In this document: positions 48,791 through 61,992 of the stretch, piece after piece
Layout of the letters: each line of letters begins with the position of its first letter
Numbering within the stretch: the first letter of the stretch is position 1
From: Lingula anatina
Lineage: Eukaryota > Animalia > Brachiopoda
Length of the DNA stretch: 64,000 nt
Reading direction: 5' to 3'
Assembly (NCBI GenBank): GCA_051362555.1
Contig: CM120640.1
Coordinates: 15,562,001-15,626,000, forward strand
Made by a program: the position numbers and the translations under genes
The notes under the pieces: generated by a model
What the model was told of the DNA's origin: nothing
What the model saw: the letters and a program-made list of their open reading frames with translations, nothing else
Database searches by the model: none

Positions 48791-51700
48791 ATGGCGTCTC
48801 GTGCCCATTGGTTGATCTATCTGATAATTGTAATGTCTATAGGATCCAAAGTCATAGGTAAAAAGGTCAAATCTAGCAGTAAATAAAAATAATAAAATAA
48901 ATTTTGTAACATATAAGATCATAAGAAATATTGAACTGGAATTTGAGCGCCATATAAAGCAAGTTAAATTGAAGTATTAAAAAAGGTGTAAGTACTGTCT
49001 ACAATAATAACATAAATTTCAGTCAAACGTTTGACGGTGAATTTGGCGATAGGCCCTTATGTCAAGACTTATGAAACAATGAAAAGGAGTTGCGTATGTG
49101 CTTTTCAAATTTGATAAATTGCTTTAACAAAAATAATCTATATGGCACGGTTCCATCATTTAACTCCGCATGATAAGAAGACGATGTCTTGATATGAAAA
49201 TATCATCTTAATTAATATTCTGGTACATAAAAATACACATTGAGGATAACACTCTATGGAATCTCTTTGAGTATATTTGTACCCATAACTTAATTTGGCA
49301 TTCATAAAGAAGCATATCAGAGTGGTTTATGTTAAAACTCTAATCTTACAACTACTTTGTTAACTATGAGCATTCAAAATTTGCAGGGCTAAGTGTTTTC
49401 GTCAGTACAGGGAGCTAATTAAGGGAATGGACTCATCAATGCATTTATTATTTGTCTTGCAGCTTCTTTTAGCAATGAAGGAACTGAATTTTATGTAGGA
49501 TTTATGAACAATAATTATGGTGATGGTCGTGATATGTACCTGTACATGACGACTGGGTCTAACACACCGGCAGAAGTCACTGTCACAGCTCCGAAACAAG
49601 ATACCAATTTTCGTAAAACAGCACAGGTATCAAGGGGACAAAGTGTGAGAGTCTCCATACCAGCGAACTTCAAAGCCACAGGCAGTCAGGTGGAAAACAA
49701 GGGTATTCACGTCATGTCTACCCAACCCATTTCACTGTATGGTCTGAATCAGGAACAGGGGTCTGGAGATGCGTTCACTGCCATACCTTTGACTGCCCTT
49801 GGTTCAATTTATTCCGCCATTACATGGACAAACCAAGGACAGGTTCTCGTGGTTTCCACTCAAGACTGTACCGAAGTTACAATTAAGCTGCCAGGCAGAC
49901 GCAGTAACACCGTTACCTTCAACGGTGTAACGCATACTAATTATGCCGAGTTCACAGTGACCATGTCAAGGTACCAGACCCTTCACCTCCAGAGTGATGA
50001 TCTCACCGCCACTCAGATTGTGGCTAACAGCGCTATTGCTGTGTTCTCTGGAAGCAAAAAGGTACATATTGAAGGCACTCTGACGTCCGATCATCTGGTT
50101 CAACAGTTGACTCCCTATGATGCTTGGGGCAAAGAGTTCATAATTTCTGCTCCACCTAATTCACAGAAATATAAAATGAAGATTGTGTCCCAAGACAGAC
50201 ATCCAGGTAGGGTATATATTTCCGGTGAGGACCCAAGTGGTACATTTGTGACCGAATTCTACACCTTTGTCAGAGACTACAACAGTGATGTTCTCAGACG
50301 CGTTTGGTCCGATTCTCCAATTCAAGTCGCCTTGTTTACACAATCCATGGATTCCTCCACAAATATGATAGATGCCTCCATGATCATAGTTCCACCCGTC
50401 TACCAGTACAGATCTAGGTATACCTTCACCACATTGGGACAAACAGCTGCAGAGATGTCCAGTCACATGACAATCTATGTTGCGAATTATACAATAAATG
50501 CTGGCACACTGAGGATGGATGGCCAACCCTTGACTTTGCCTTTTACTAGAGTAGCGTCAACTAATTATTATGTGGGTTCGATGCCAGTATCACCTGGAGC
50601 TCATGAAATCTACAGCATTGATCCCTTGGCAAACTTTTACAGTCTCATAAGTGGATTCCATGCTAGTTCAAATGGTAACTACTATGTTACTTATCCTGCA
50701 GGGATGAACGTAGCCAAAAATACATTGGTGAGTTGGTTACTTCTTTCGGGTTGAAAAGTTTTTGTCCCAAATAGTTTATCTTTTTTTTTTTCAGATTCGG
50801 GTAATACAATACATGCACCACTCATAAATCGATGGTGTCGTCTTTTCTGCCTCTAAAATGAATAGTTGAAAAGAAAGATCGTCTTTCCTTTTTTAGTGTA
50901 ATTTTGTTATATACTGTTAAGGACATTTTACTCCTTCAGGGGTGCAGTCCATTTGTGGGACAAAATATTGTAGCTGGAAATCAAGTTGATGAAGACTGTG
51001 ACGGAAGAGTAGATGAGGAAATCAAAAATAATATCGACGGTAAGTTTCACATCTTGTTGACTTTTTCCACATGAAACGCAATCTTATCTTTAATAATCGA
51101 GTTACTCTTCATGTAAAGCAAGGTTTGTTTTAGATAATTTTACAAGGTTTGTGATAGATATTTTTACGAATATGAATAAGTAAATTCACGTCTTTTAATC
51201 TCTGTGCTAATTTTGCAAATCAATTGAAGATGATGGGGATGGAAAAGTAGATGAAGATCTGACTCTTCCACCAAGAGGTACGTATAGCTTTTCGTCTATT
51301 TGTTGTGGACGTTTACTACGTGTCAGGAATTCATGCAGTTTAAGTATTCTTTTTAGTTTTGAAAACACTTACCATTTATCATGTCTTACACTTGCAATAA
51401 AAGAATCCCCGGTTTTCAGGAACAATATATTTTTAATAACATAAACGATATAAACTGTGGAGTTGTAATAAATAAATGTGGGCTCTCCATCCCTAGCAAA
51501 TGGTAACTGGGGACCCTGGGGTAGCTGGGAAGCGTGCAGCGTCACGTGTGAGAACGGGACCAAAAGCAGAAGAAGGCTATGCAACAACCCAGAACCAACC
51601 AGTGGCGGTCTCCCGTGTCCAAGTGATGTTCAGGGTGACACAGATACGGAACCATGTTCTTTACAACGGTGTCCAGGTATGAATATTTAAGATGTGGAAG

Positions 51701-54327
51701 AACTGTTAACGGTTTAATATTGAAAGAGAAACATATCGACTGACAGGTTAAGAGTTATGTTGCATCGTTAAATGCAAAGTGCATACAAAGATATCATAAA
51801 ATTTGCATGATACACCAACTGTCCTATCACTTCAGTATTTACATGTCAAGGAACGACCCCGCCCCCCTCCCCTGTACATTATTTCGTTTTATAGAATGTG
51901 ATCCAGCGGCGGCAGTAAGCTGCACTAGCAAACCCAATACTGTCTGCAGTGCTAATAGATTTTGTGAATGTGAGCCTGGATACAAAATAATGTTGTAGAT
52001 AGCTATCATTTAACTCATAATTATGGGAATGCTCATGAGATTTGATATGGGAAACAAGTAACTTTTCCCATTCCTTGCAAACGATCATTCTCTCGACTAC
52101 CCTGCCAGAATATGGCTTATAGATAAATGAATGATTTTGTTACGATGGTTTTCGCTTCGTAACTGTTGATGAAAGGAGATGAAAAGAGGGGTTTTCTAAT
52201 TCAAATTTTTCATTTTAAATGTACTGTTACCCGGTGACAATTTTTTTTTTCAACATGTAAAAGCCCTATCATGCACGTTGTTTGCACAAAATTGCATTAT
52301 TTCTCTTAGTTATATGTGCTTTTTCTTTTCAGTTTGCCTAAAAATCCGAAAATTAATACAAGGGCATCATTATTGTTTACCTAGCAATCTTAACTTTTCT
52401 ACAAGAACATGATCATCCTACAAGTCATTCGTGGATAGTTGTTTTATAAACATAGGATAAGTCAAACACCCACTCACTAGTGTTTTATTTTATAATTATT
52501 ACAGGTAAAATAGGCGGTGCTTGCACTTTGACCACCGACTGCAGTACAGTGGTGAGCAACAGCAGATGTGTTCAGAGGAGATGCGTGTGTTCCGTTGGCT
52601 ACAAACCAGATGCAGTCAACACTTCTTGCTTGACACGTAAGTCCGCCCTTAGAAGACGTCAATAAAAACTTTACATGTATATCGAGTAGATATCATAGAT
52701 ATAGGCTATTAGGTTTGATGTGGTTTATATATTTTGAGTACTATTTTGGCACACCGAGTGAACCATGTCAAGTAAAAAAATGTTCTGTAATTTTCGCCCA
52801 GTTTGGACAGCAGGCAGTCCCTTTTTCTTGGAATGTCTCGCGCCAATCAATGGGATTCAAACGCCACATTTACTTTCACATGCAGCCTCATTTAATCTAA
52901 TTGCTGACATTTTCTGTTTGGTAGCCGTTCGTGGTGCCCCTTGCAACGTGACCGAGGATTGCTCGCCTTGTGAAGTGGGAAATGCTGATACCGCCAATGA
53001 CACAGCATGCAGAACTACCACAAGGAAACGGTGCTCAGTCGACGGACACTGTAGGGCTGGCTCGACGCTTAATTTTGAGTGCCATCCATATCTGAAAGTT
53101 TGTGACTGCCCACTTGGTTTTCATTCTGTGCGAGAAGAATACTGTGTTAAACGGAAAATAGGGAGCAAAACGTGTTACAGGGACGCTGACTGCAGTGAGG
53201 CAGTACAACATAGCACGTGCACGGAGAATGGTTGTGAATGTATCGAGGGTTACCAGCCTTCAGCGGACATGACAGTGTGTACTGAAGGTAAGTTTTGCAT
53301 GTCCCACTCACGTACCGTAGTTCAAAGGGGACTGAACCATTGGGAGCTTCTCGATAGTCCGAAGGTTCTTTGGTCCGAAAAGTGGTAACATTTTCATCGA
53401 TTTTTTTAATCAAGGGTTCATTGGTCCGAAGGTTCTATAGTGAACATTCGAACTATTGAACCTTCGGACAATTACTACGGCCCCGAACCATTGTCTCACT
53501 GATGCACCGTTTTTAGTGAGCCTTTCGATACAGACTTATAAAATCGGCCGAATCTGGGCATAAGTAAGCTCAGCATCTGCACTATGTTTCATGGGCACAT
53601 TTGGGACGAAGAAAGCCAAGATATGCAGTTTCTCGGTTCACATATTATTTTAAGTCTGCATATGAGAAAGAGACTAAATGTCACAGATATCAACGTACAT
53701 CCGTCTTGGGAGTCCAAGCCCATTGTATTTTGGATTACCGAACTCGATATAGCAAAATGAAAGGATTCCTTGCATTCGCCCAAAATGTGGTTTACATATT
53801 TATTTGTAATTTTAAAAATGCCATATCGCTATCAGATGAATAAATCCCATAAATAATGCAGATTACAAAGTTTTCGAAATATGTATGTGAAATCGTGTTT
53901 TCATTTTTGTGAACAAAACAATATTCAAATGTATGAAGTATATCGACAGTTTCTGTTTAAAATTGAAAAATTTTAATGATTTTCATTCATTTTAGAATAT
54001 CAGGTTCTTGTCATCACAGTCGTCACTGCTTCGGTGGCAGTAGGTGTGTGTGGCATAGTAGTAGTAGCTGGGGCTGTTGCCTACGTCAGAAACCGTAGAA
54101 AGCGCACTCCTGCCGCACGGGATAATCACTTCACGGTATCGGAACCCACACCAGAGACAGCCGCCTTCGACAGGCATGCACCTTATACGTCTTTGTCTGT
54201 GGAGGCTGTGGCATTCCAGTCGGGTGCCGCATCTAATGAAACTGATGGTTTTGCGCCTTACGTGGAAATGACGTCACCTCAATACGTAAATGCACAGATC
54301 AATGTTATTAACACAAGCGATGCTTAA
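48791..54327 (+). CDS. Type I membrane protein: signal peptide, IgGFc-binding (FCGBP N-terminal) domain, Asp-rich DxDxDG repeats, TSP1, EB/EGF-like modules, TM, Tyr-motif tail; exons 48791-48857, 49463-50727, 50940-51039, 51230-51277, 51497-51676, [51895-51998], 52505-52636, 52925-53287, 53996-54327
   Basis: MASRAHWLIYLIIVMSIGSKVIA signal; NEGTEFYVGFM, SGDAFTAIP, DHLVQQLTPYDAWGKEF, DASMIIVPP; WGPWGSWEACSVTC..RRRLCNNP; Cys-rich modules; TM followed by RNRRKR; phases consistent. Confidence 0.85.
53343..53484. mobile_element. Tiny MITE with internal GTCCGAAGGTTC repeats and 9-bp TSD
   Basis: GAACCATTG at 53334-53342 and 53485-53493; inverted GTCCGAAGG / CCTTCGGAC subterminal motifs. Confidence 0.7.
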
Positions 54328-55648
54328 CGGTAGTTAGGTTGACTTTTGAAAATTAAGTGTATAGAAAAATGTAATGTAGACGACATGGGCCTTCCGACAA
54401 ACGCTCAGAATTTTCTTGATCTACATGAACGTACTTTCGTAGGGTTGATTGTTGGTTGTTTCATGGACCTAATGAGAGATCTCTCATTAGGTCCATGGCT
54501 GTTTGAAAGACTGAAGAAAACTATCAGCCAAAATTATTCCATAACTTTGGTGCATAGGGGAGACCGGGGCTAGTTGGCCCAAACGATTGTCTAACTTTGG
54601 CCCTCTACTATTTGTACATGTCAGGTACATGGGTTGTTGGTCAATAATTTTTTGGGTTCTTTGACCAATATCGCAATGTGGACAATATCTGTTTCATGTG
54701 AATCTTTAATTACTACATTTGAATATAAAAATATTTAAATGACTGAATAAAGTCTTATTTTGTGTACAAATTGACTTTACAATTCTGGCAGTTTAGTCAA
54801 AGAACTAAAGGTTTGTGAAGCAGGCCTCTCTGGTTATATCAAACAGTTTCAGCACAAATGAAACTCCTGGCGCATGGACACAAAACATATGATAATGTAT
54901 ACCAGATCCTCAGCAGCTCCCCAACATTACATGTACAATTTTATTCCCATGACGAAAGGAGAAACATTACTTAATGAAAGCCCTCAGAGATCAAAAAAGC
55001 TAGAAAGAAACAATTATCAAAAATGTCATGATGTTAAGCTACTGGTATGCTGTGCACTTATATAAAAGTCATAATAAGTAAAACAATTCACAATTTGAGA
55101 GTTATGTACATTTTAATATATCTATAATGTTGACCAACCTTATCGGCATGGATTGAGGGGGGGGGGGGGGCTCACTGCTTTGTCCCAATTATTCTAGTAA
55201 CTTGTGGTCAATGAAAGTAAATATAGTACTTAATACAGATAATAATATTCAGACAAAAATACTCCAATGGCCCAAAGAGATTGAACACATTATGGCACAA
55301 GTTTTGAATATTTTAGATATAAAAAATTGGGTGCTCATATAAAAACATAAAAACAAATACAAAAACTTGTATAATTGTGGTAAATCATGATCACCAATTA
55401 TCATACGAAACTGATGAGAATACTTTCCAAGTAAAATCAAGTATATCTCACAAAGTGACCCATATATCATCAAACTTTCTCTTGCCACTGGAAATACTGC
55501 AAAATTGGCATAGAACTGTATTTTGAGAAACTGTGAGCAGGAAGACATATGACAAGTGTTTCATTTTAAATGTGTGCGCAATAACATGACTATGTATCCA
55601 TTGCATTCAACAATCCTCTTGAGGCAAATTTCAACAAATGCTGCTGTC

Positions 55649-56723
55649 TTAAATCTTCAACTTTTCAAACTCCTTATCAGTAAGATGTTTCCAAGGATAT
55701 CCCATGCACCTGGAAATTTCCTTCTGCAACAGTTCATATGACTGAGTTTTCTTTTTCAAATCGGCATAATACTCGTCAGACCATTCGGCCAATCAGTTTT
55801 CTTGAGAACTGCATTCTGCCGGACATAAAACTTTTGCAACTTCTTGGCCTGTGAAGCCACCAGGAGCAGCGTCATGGATGAGATCCTCTCCCGTATTATG
55901 AGCACCCTCAGTTCAGGGCACTGTCTGACCAGCATCAGCACCAGGCCATCGCAGCGTTCGTGGAAGGATCTGGAGCCATGAGTTCTGGGAAACCCCTTCT
56001 GGGCATATAACCTCAATGTTTTTCGGTAATGGTCTGTGATCATCATGACTGCCTCTGGGGTCATTTTCAGATATGGTGAACCATACACAATGGAGGTCAC
56101 CGGTGCACGAGGCTGGAAAAGGATTTCCTCCCTCGTCCCTCCACGTGCCTCAAGTCGCACTTGCAGGTGAGGAGACATCTGCTTGACTTCGAACCAAGTC
56201 TGGCTGTTAATGGGGGCCACGCCATCTGTATGCCTGTCTTGCACAATGTGAATGTCTGTCAGAGAAGTGCTGGCCAGCATGGCTATCACATCACTACTCA
56301 GGTGCTGTGGACTGATGATGAGCTTCTGTAAAGACATGAACATTCCTGCATAAAGCCATGAAGAAATGGCATAGGATACTCCTCATAGAACTCTAAAAAT
56401 GCTGACAACACTGTCATGAAGGCATACAAATTGTAATAGTCTGATATGGGTTTGATAGTTATCTTTTTGAAAAATTCCCCAACTCTATCCAAACACATCT
56501 TGGCTTTGTACTGGCTGAGGGTGTACATGTAGGAATTGCGATATGGGCGCATGCGTCTTCTTGTGAGGGTTCTCTCTCCCAGTACAAAATGCTCCCATAC
56601 TTTAGATGAATAAAAGAGGTCATACCAATGGCGCCAGACCATGGAGCAATAGTAGCGCTGTTTGTATGTCAGTTTGGAGTACTCCTCCTCCAGTAGGACA
56701 GCTGGTAGCTCTGACCAGCACAT
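55649..56723 (-). pseudogene. F-box (LRR-like) protein pseudogene with two frameshifts
   Basis: F-box WSELPAVLLEEEYSKLTYKQRYYCSMVWRHW; frame changes near 56345 and 55787; a third frame continues EWSDEYYADLKKKTQSYELLQKEISRCMGYPWKHLTDKEFEKLKI* to 55649. Confidence 0.8.
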
Positions 56724-57048
56724 CTTCTTGTATTCTCACCTGAGAATATCAACATGAAAACAAAGAGATGCTGAAACTGTTACATGCTCGGTATAATGTA
56801 ATGAGAGTTATTATTTAAAAAAGGGTGTTCAGATCAATTTAAATGGTATGGTTTCTATGGAAACAAGTAAAAAAAACTTAACAGTTATATCATTGATAAT
56901 AGTGACTTCCCTTTCTTTCTTATTTTTAGAAACAACTCAAACCAACAGTAATTTGTTGAACACTTTGCGTTATCACTACAAATTGTAATGTCCACATTTT
57001 CTTCTCTTTGGGAATAACTTCAAATCACAAACAATTTCATGCACACTG

Positions 57049-57094
<46 letters not shown>
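57049..57094. repeat. (TA)n microsatellite
   Basis: Direct reading. Confidence 0.95.
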
Positions 57095-57096
<2 letters not shown>

Positions 57097-58214
57097 TTCT
57101 AGAAGTGTGAGCAATGTTATCTTGAACTTTATCCCTGGACACAGAACTGTTCTGCTGGCATTGATCCAGTCACGAATGTTGGAGTGATTTTATGACAAAA
57201 ATTGTCTCAGTCACTTCATTTGTGTCTGGGACACAATCAACATATGTATAAAAAACATTTGAACAACTTTCATGTTTTGTCCAGTGGCGTGGACAAAAAA
57301 ACTTTTGTAGAGTTGAAAATCTAAAATCGGTTTGCAGAAATAAATATGAACTGCTCGATTCTCCTAGAGGTTTTGGCATGTCCATATAAACTCATATCAT
57401 CAATAGCCTATAATAAGTTAAAAGTTAAAATGCAACTTGTAAGACAAGCTAGAAGTTGCATTTACTTTATACTAATTTAAAAAGAAATCGAAACTGGAAT
57501 AAAAATTGGCTAATCCTAACAGAAGGGTGTTCTGCGGGCCCTGCATGGGGACCACAAAGGAGCCATTCAGAATGAGAAGAGCCGAGTGCTAGTTGGTCCA
57601 CGGCTTATGGCGGATCTACATGAAAGGAAGACTGCTTAATCCTGTAATTGTCTCCCCGTCTCTCTCACACGCCTCCCCACGTGTGGTCCCTCAATCGGTC
57701 AAATTGAGCCGAGATTTAATCACTGCGCCCCTGCAGATGACGCATGGGGAGGCGGAGAGACCAGTCATTGGCAGTGTCAATGGAGCACTCCATAGCACTG
57801 TGCTCAGGAATCACTTGATCTGCTTTTTTGCACGGTGCTTTCTCACACGCAATCTGTTTTTTCTCTGTATTGTGCATTTTTCTCATCTGTGAGTGATAGT
57901 TTTTAATTTTTTATTCAAAGATTTTCATATTGCTTATATCTCTCATAGGTAAGAGGTCTACTTTTAATTTTGCACGGTATTCCCAACATGATTGAGCAGC
58001 AGACTATTTACTTGTAGTCTCTTATGAAGTCCTTGGCGCTTCGCAGTGTCACTACTATATCCGTATTTCATGGCTGATAAAAAAAGAAGTCAAAGCAATA
58101 TTTACATATACCAGATACAAATGGTATTAAATAGTCATAAGTCATGCATACTGTATGCAAGGAAACAGAATGGAAATTATCTTTGTTGATCCATCCTCCA
58201 TTTATGATCGTCTT

Positions 58215-58252
<38 letters not shown>

Positions 58253-58760
58253 ATGTAAACAATATAAATTATCATAGAAATAAAGACATCAAACGAATTA
58301 TCATAAAAAATTTAGTGAACCTATCACCAAAACCCATACCAATACAGTGGAGCAAATGAGGTCACAGGTATGCTGTTAAAAATATTTAGTGCACAGATTG
58401 CAAACTATGTTTGATTATTTTAGGGTTCAACATGAAGACGTTTGTATCAAAGTTTCACTTTCCTGGATCCATGAATAAGGAAAATATTTCATCGTGTAGC
58501 TCCAAAAAGGAAAATACATTACTATTACAAATGCAAAACGTCCAGCTGTGAAATGTTTTACTCACTTTGAAAATTCAATCATCAACTGGTTTTGTCCTTT
58601 GATTTATCTCCTACAAGTATAACGTTGTAAAAAATTTGATTATCTTTTGTATAGAGCAGTTTATTGTTTTTGAGTGACTTTGCTTGCCACTGAATATTGA
58701 AAGAACGGGGGAAATACACCCTACCGACAGGAAAATAGGGCCTAAGCACTAAATAAACTA

Positions 58761-60421
58761 CAGACTTGACATTTAATATGGAATATTTCAGTTTCGAAGG
58801 TATGCCTAGGTAAAAATTCGTTCTTTTTTAAAAAAACTCCGATCTCATATAAGATTTGTGAATGGAGAAGTGTGTAGTCAGGTGTGCCGCTACCAATTAA
58901 CTGACTTGCATGTCGGTTGCGCTGCTACATTATGTAATATGCGGTGATTTAATTGGGTAGTGTTCCTTTGGGCTGGTCAATGCTTGGAATAGGCAAATCT
59001 TGGTTCTGTCAAAAAAGTATCCGTATGTCGGCAACTATCCCATAGAAGAATTTGAAATTTTGCATGCAAGCGGTCAATTTTGCAGTGCGTAAAATGAGCT
59101 AAGGAGTGCTTTACAAATTTGTAAATTTGTGGCAGAATGGCGCGAAAAAGACAGACTTTACCAGACAGATTACAGCGCCAAACGGAACGGTCCGCACAGT
59201 TTTATAAAGTAATGCCCAGACTGATGTAACTACACAGAGGTCACACCCAGTGCATCGAAATCTTATCTCCAGGGTACAGGACGCACTGTCTTTCGGGATA
59301 CGCTGCTGCAACTAAACAAAAGCCACCCAGTCTGTTCAGAACCAGGGGTAAATTGCCCTAAAATGCATTTTTCCAGGCCCTTAACGAACACCAAACTGGT
59401 TTTAGCAGGTTAGAATACTAGACGACCTGCGAGGTACCCACTGTAAACAGCAAAACATCGTCGTCTGTTTCTCCAATGAATTGGGGGCCATGACCGTTTC
59501 TGGGTAGAACACTGAAACCGCGTGGCTTTCTTTATTGAGGTCAGATTTCACCTGTACCTCCAAGCTAGTCAAAACAGAGTTTACAGACATTCAGAAGAGG
59601 CCTACGACGAAGCATGTACCGCGTGTAAAGTGACACGGGTCATTGACAGCGTCAGTATTTGGAGTGGATACCACATTGGTGCCAAAACACCAATGGTAGT
59701 CATTGACGAAAACCTGAACCAGATCAAATAAAGGAATAATCCGGGAACCACTTGACTATCATTTGATAGGGGGCACCTTAGGAAAAATTTTAGGTTGCAC
59801 GGTCAGATTGCCGGTTCACACAGAACACTTTTAATAGCAGATAACTTACAGAACCTAGGGAATGAGCAGCTACCCTGGTCATCAAAATCGCCACATTTGA
59901 ACCGCATAGACAATATGTGGGTAAGCCATTACTCGCCGAATCAACTGCTTACATGCCCTACATCAAAACTGGACCAAATTGGACAATTTTGGACCGATTC
60001 CTGGAATAATATTCCAGATTGAACTCTAAAAACTTTTCCCAAGGAATGCCTTGCCGCTTGAGAGCGCTGGTAACAGACAGAAGAGGCCAGGCGTAACAGC
60101 GACCGTTACTATAACTACACACTGACATGAAGGTCCATTGTGTAGCGTATAACTCTTTTACAGACAATAATTTGGAAAATATAGAGATCCAAAATACCTC
60201 ATTTAATGGATGTTGTATGACATAGAATAGGCAATGCATTTCTGTTTGCCTCACTGTCGAATTCAACCAATGAGCTGATGTCAGCATGACATCAAAGAGA
60301 TAATTTAGAGTTATTAAAACACGATTTTAATCCTTATTTTCATTTATCAGTCAGCAAAATAGGAAAAAACTGATGAAAAATGACTTAGAAAAAAAAAATT
60401 CCATATTAAATGTCAAGTCTG
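58761..60421 (+). mobile_element. Decayed Tc1/mariner transposon, TA TSD, block B only
   Basis: 24-bp TIR CAGACTTGACATTTAATATGGAAT / ATTCCATATTAAATGTCAAGTCTG; TA flanks; transposase relics EVRFHLY, VSIWSGY, LPWSSKSPHLNRIDNMW (cf. WPSxSPDLNPIENxW); empty site AAATAAAC-TA-TTTTCC at 45456-45471. Confidence 0.93.
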
Positions 60422-61992
60422 TATTTTCCACTCGTGATCCAAATATTATATCAGAAATGTCAAACTAACCATGGAATCGCAATATATTTTTCGGTCAACA
60501 AGTACTTGTACAAAATGCAGTGGCGGATTCATAAGGGGAGGTGTCTCGATCATGAAGGTTATGTACACTTTTTTCTATTTTTACTAGATCGAAAAACAGC
60601 TTTTCAATCGCTTGTAAACACGTCTTTCTTCACATGCACGAAAAAAGCCTTTATTCTACCTGTACGCTCTGTATTATTCTGCAGTCACATTGGGGGGTAT
60701 TAACGCGGAAGTAAAATAAATATACCTGTGAAATATACCTGTGAGGAGATCGAAGCTGGATATGGGACACGCCAATGTATCTCAAGGTACAAAAATCAAG
60801 TAAGCTTTTACTTAGATGATATAACTGAAAATATATATAACAGATAATATTGCTAGCAGATGTAAATAACAGAACGCCGTTGTAATCAAAATGAATGGTT
60901 AAGTATAAGTCATGTATATTTAATGGCCCGTAGGCAGCAATTTCAAAGGGGGGGGTGATCTTTTTCTGAAAAAGTGGACCTTTACAATGAAACCTTCTTG
61001 TACTTAGATAAAATTGTACCTAGAGGGGACCTTTGCTCGACAAAAAGTGGGGTTCTTTCGACCCCCCCCCCCCCCCCGAACCTCCTCCCTGGCTACGGGC
61101 CTGATTAAGTCAAGTTGGATCGAGACATCTCAGTTGTCTCTCAAGACCAGAACTACACAATGCGTAGCCGAGCTAGCGGCGACTTACCTCAACCTAAGAT
61201 CCAAAATATTTTGGATCCTAGCCTCAATCGGATTAGCAGTGAAAGGTCAGATGGGTCGTTCTTAAACAGGTCGCATTCAGAACAGATGATTCTTGGATCT
61301 ACTGGTCCGAGGATCAAATATGGCGGCCCTACATGAAAGCAAAACCGCCTAATCCTTTAATGGTCTCCCCGCCTTCACACGGATTACATTTCGGCTTCGA
61401 GTTTAAATTGCTCGGCTCCAGCAGAGAGGGATTAGAAGGTCTTGCTCTCATGTAGGGCCCACCATATTGATCCGCAGACTAGTAGATCAGAGGATCATCT
61501 ATTGTGAATGCGACACTAGAGTGTGTTTACGACGCTATATTGTTTGCAAGCTTTGTGTATTTGCTCAATTATAATTTATGACACGAAGCTCATTGGATAG
61601 CTTGCCGCTAAATAAAATTATGTCCATGTACATAACACAGGACGGTTTTTATATAAAACGATCTTGATACTGTTCAATATCTATAACATGAACATTAAAC
61701 CAAGCAAGACTCCATTCAGATTTTCAAGGTCCGGCCTTTTCTGTTTTTATTCGAGTGCAATTTGCCTTGGTTATCTTTTTTTTCATTTGTGTATAAGAAG
61801 CTTTCTTTGAAAAACACACAGTAAGCTTTGCGAGTACAGTTGAGCGGTAGACAGCCTACAGTATACACGTTAAAACAAAACGCCCAGATGATTTTTCTAA
61901 TATGTACAGTACAGTTATCTTGACATCACTCTTTACAGTTTTCCCTCCAACACTGATATCGTCCACGTTCGCTGTTACCATCGGCTCCTACC

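Larger units (their letters stand above)
44515..50817 (+). repeat. Tandem segmental duplication, block A (paralogous to ~57178-64000)
   Basis: Colinear high identity, e.g. 44755-45075 with 58425-58745, 47570-48330 with 60841-61520, 48330-50817 with 61520-64000. Confidence 0.92.

Noticed and set aside
54555-54580. TAGGGGAGACCGGGG, resembling a DNA-transposon terminus
   Set aside because: No convincing partner TIR or TSD found in the window
58068-58359. Poly-Lys and poly-Phe ORFs
   Set aside because: Artefacts of a poly-A run; no TSD or body identified to call a retroposon
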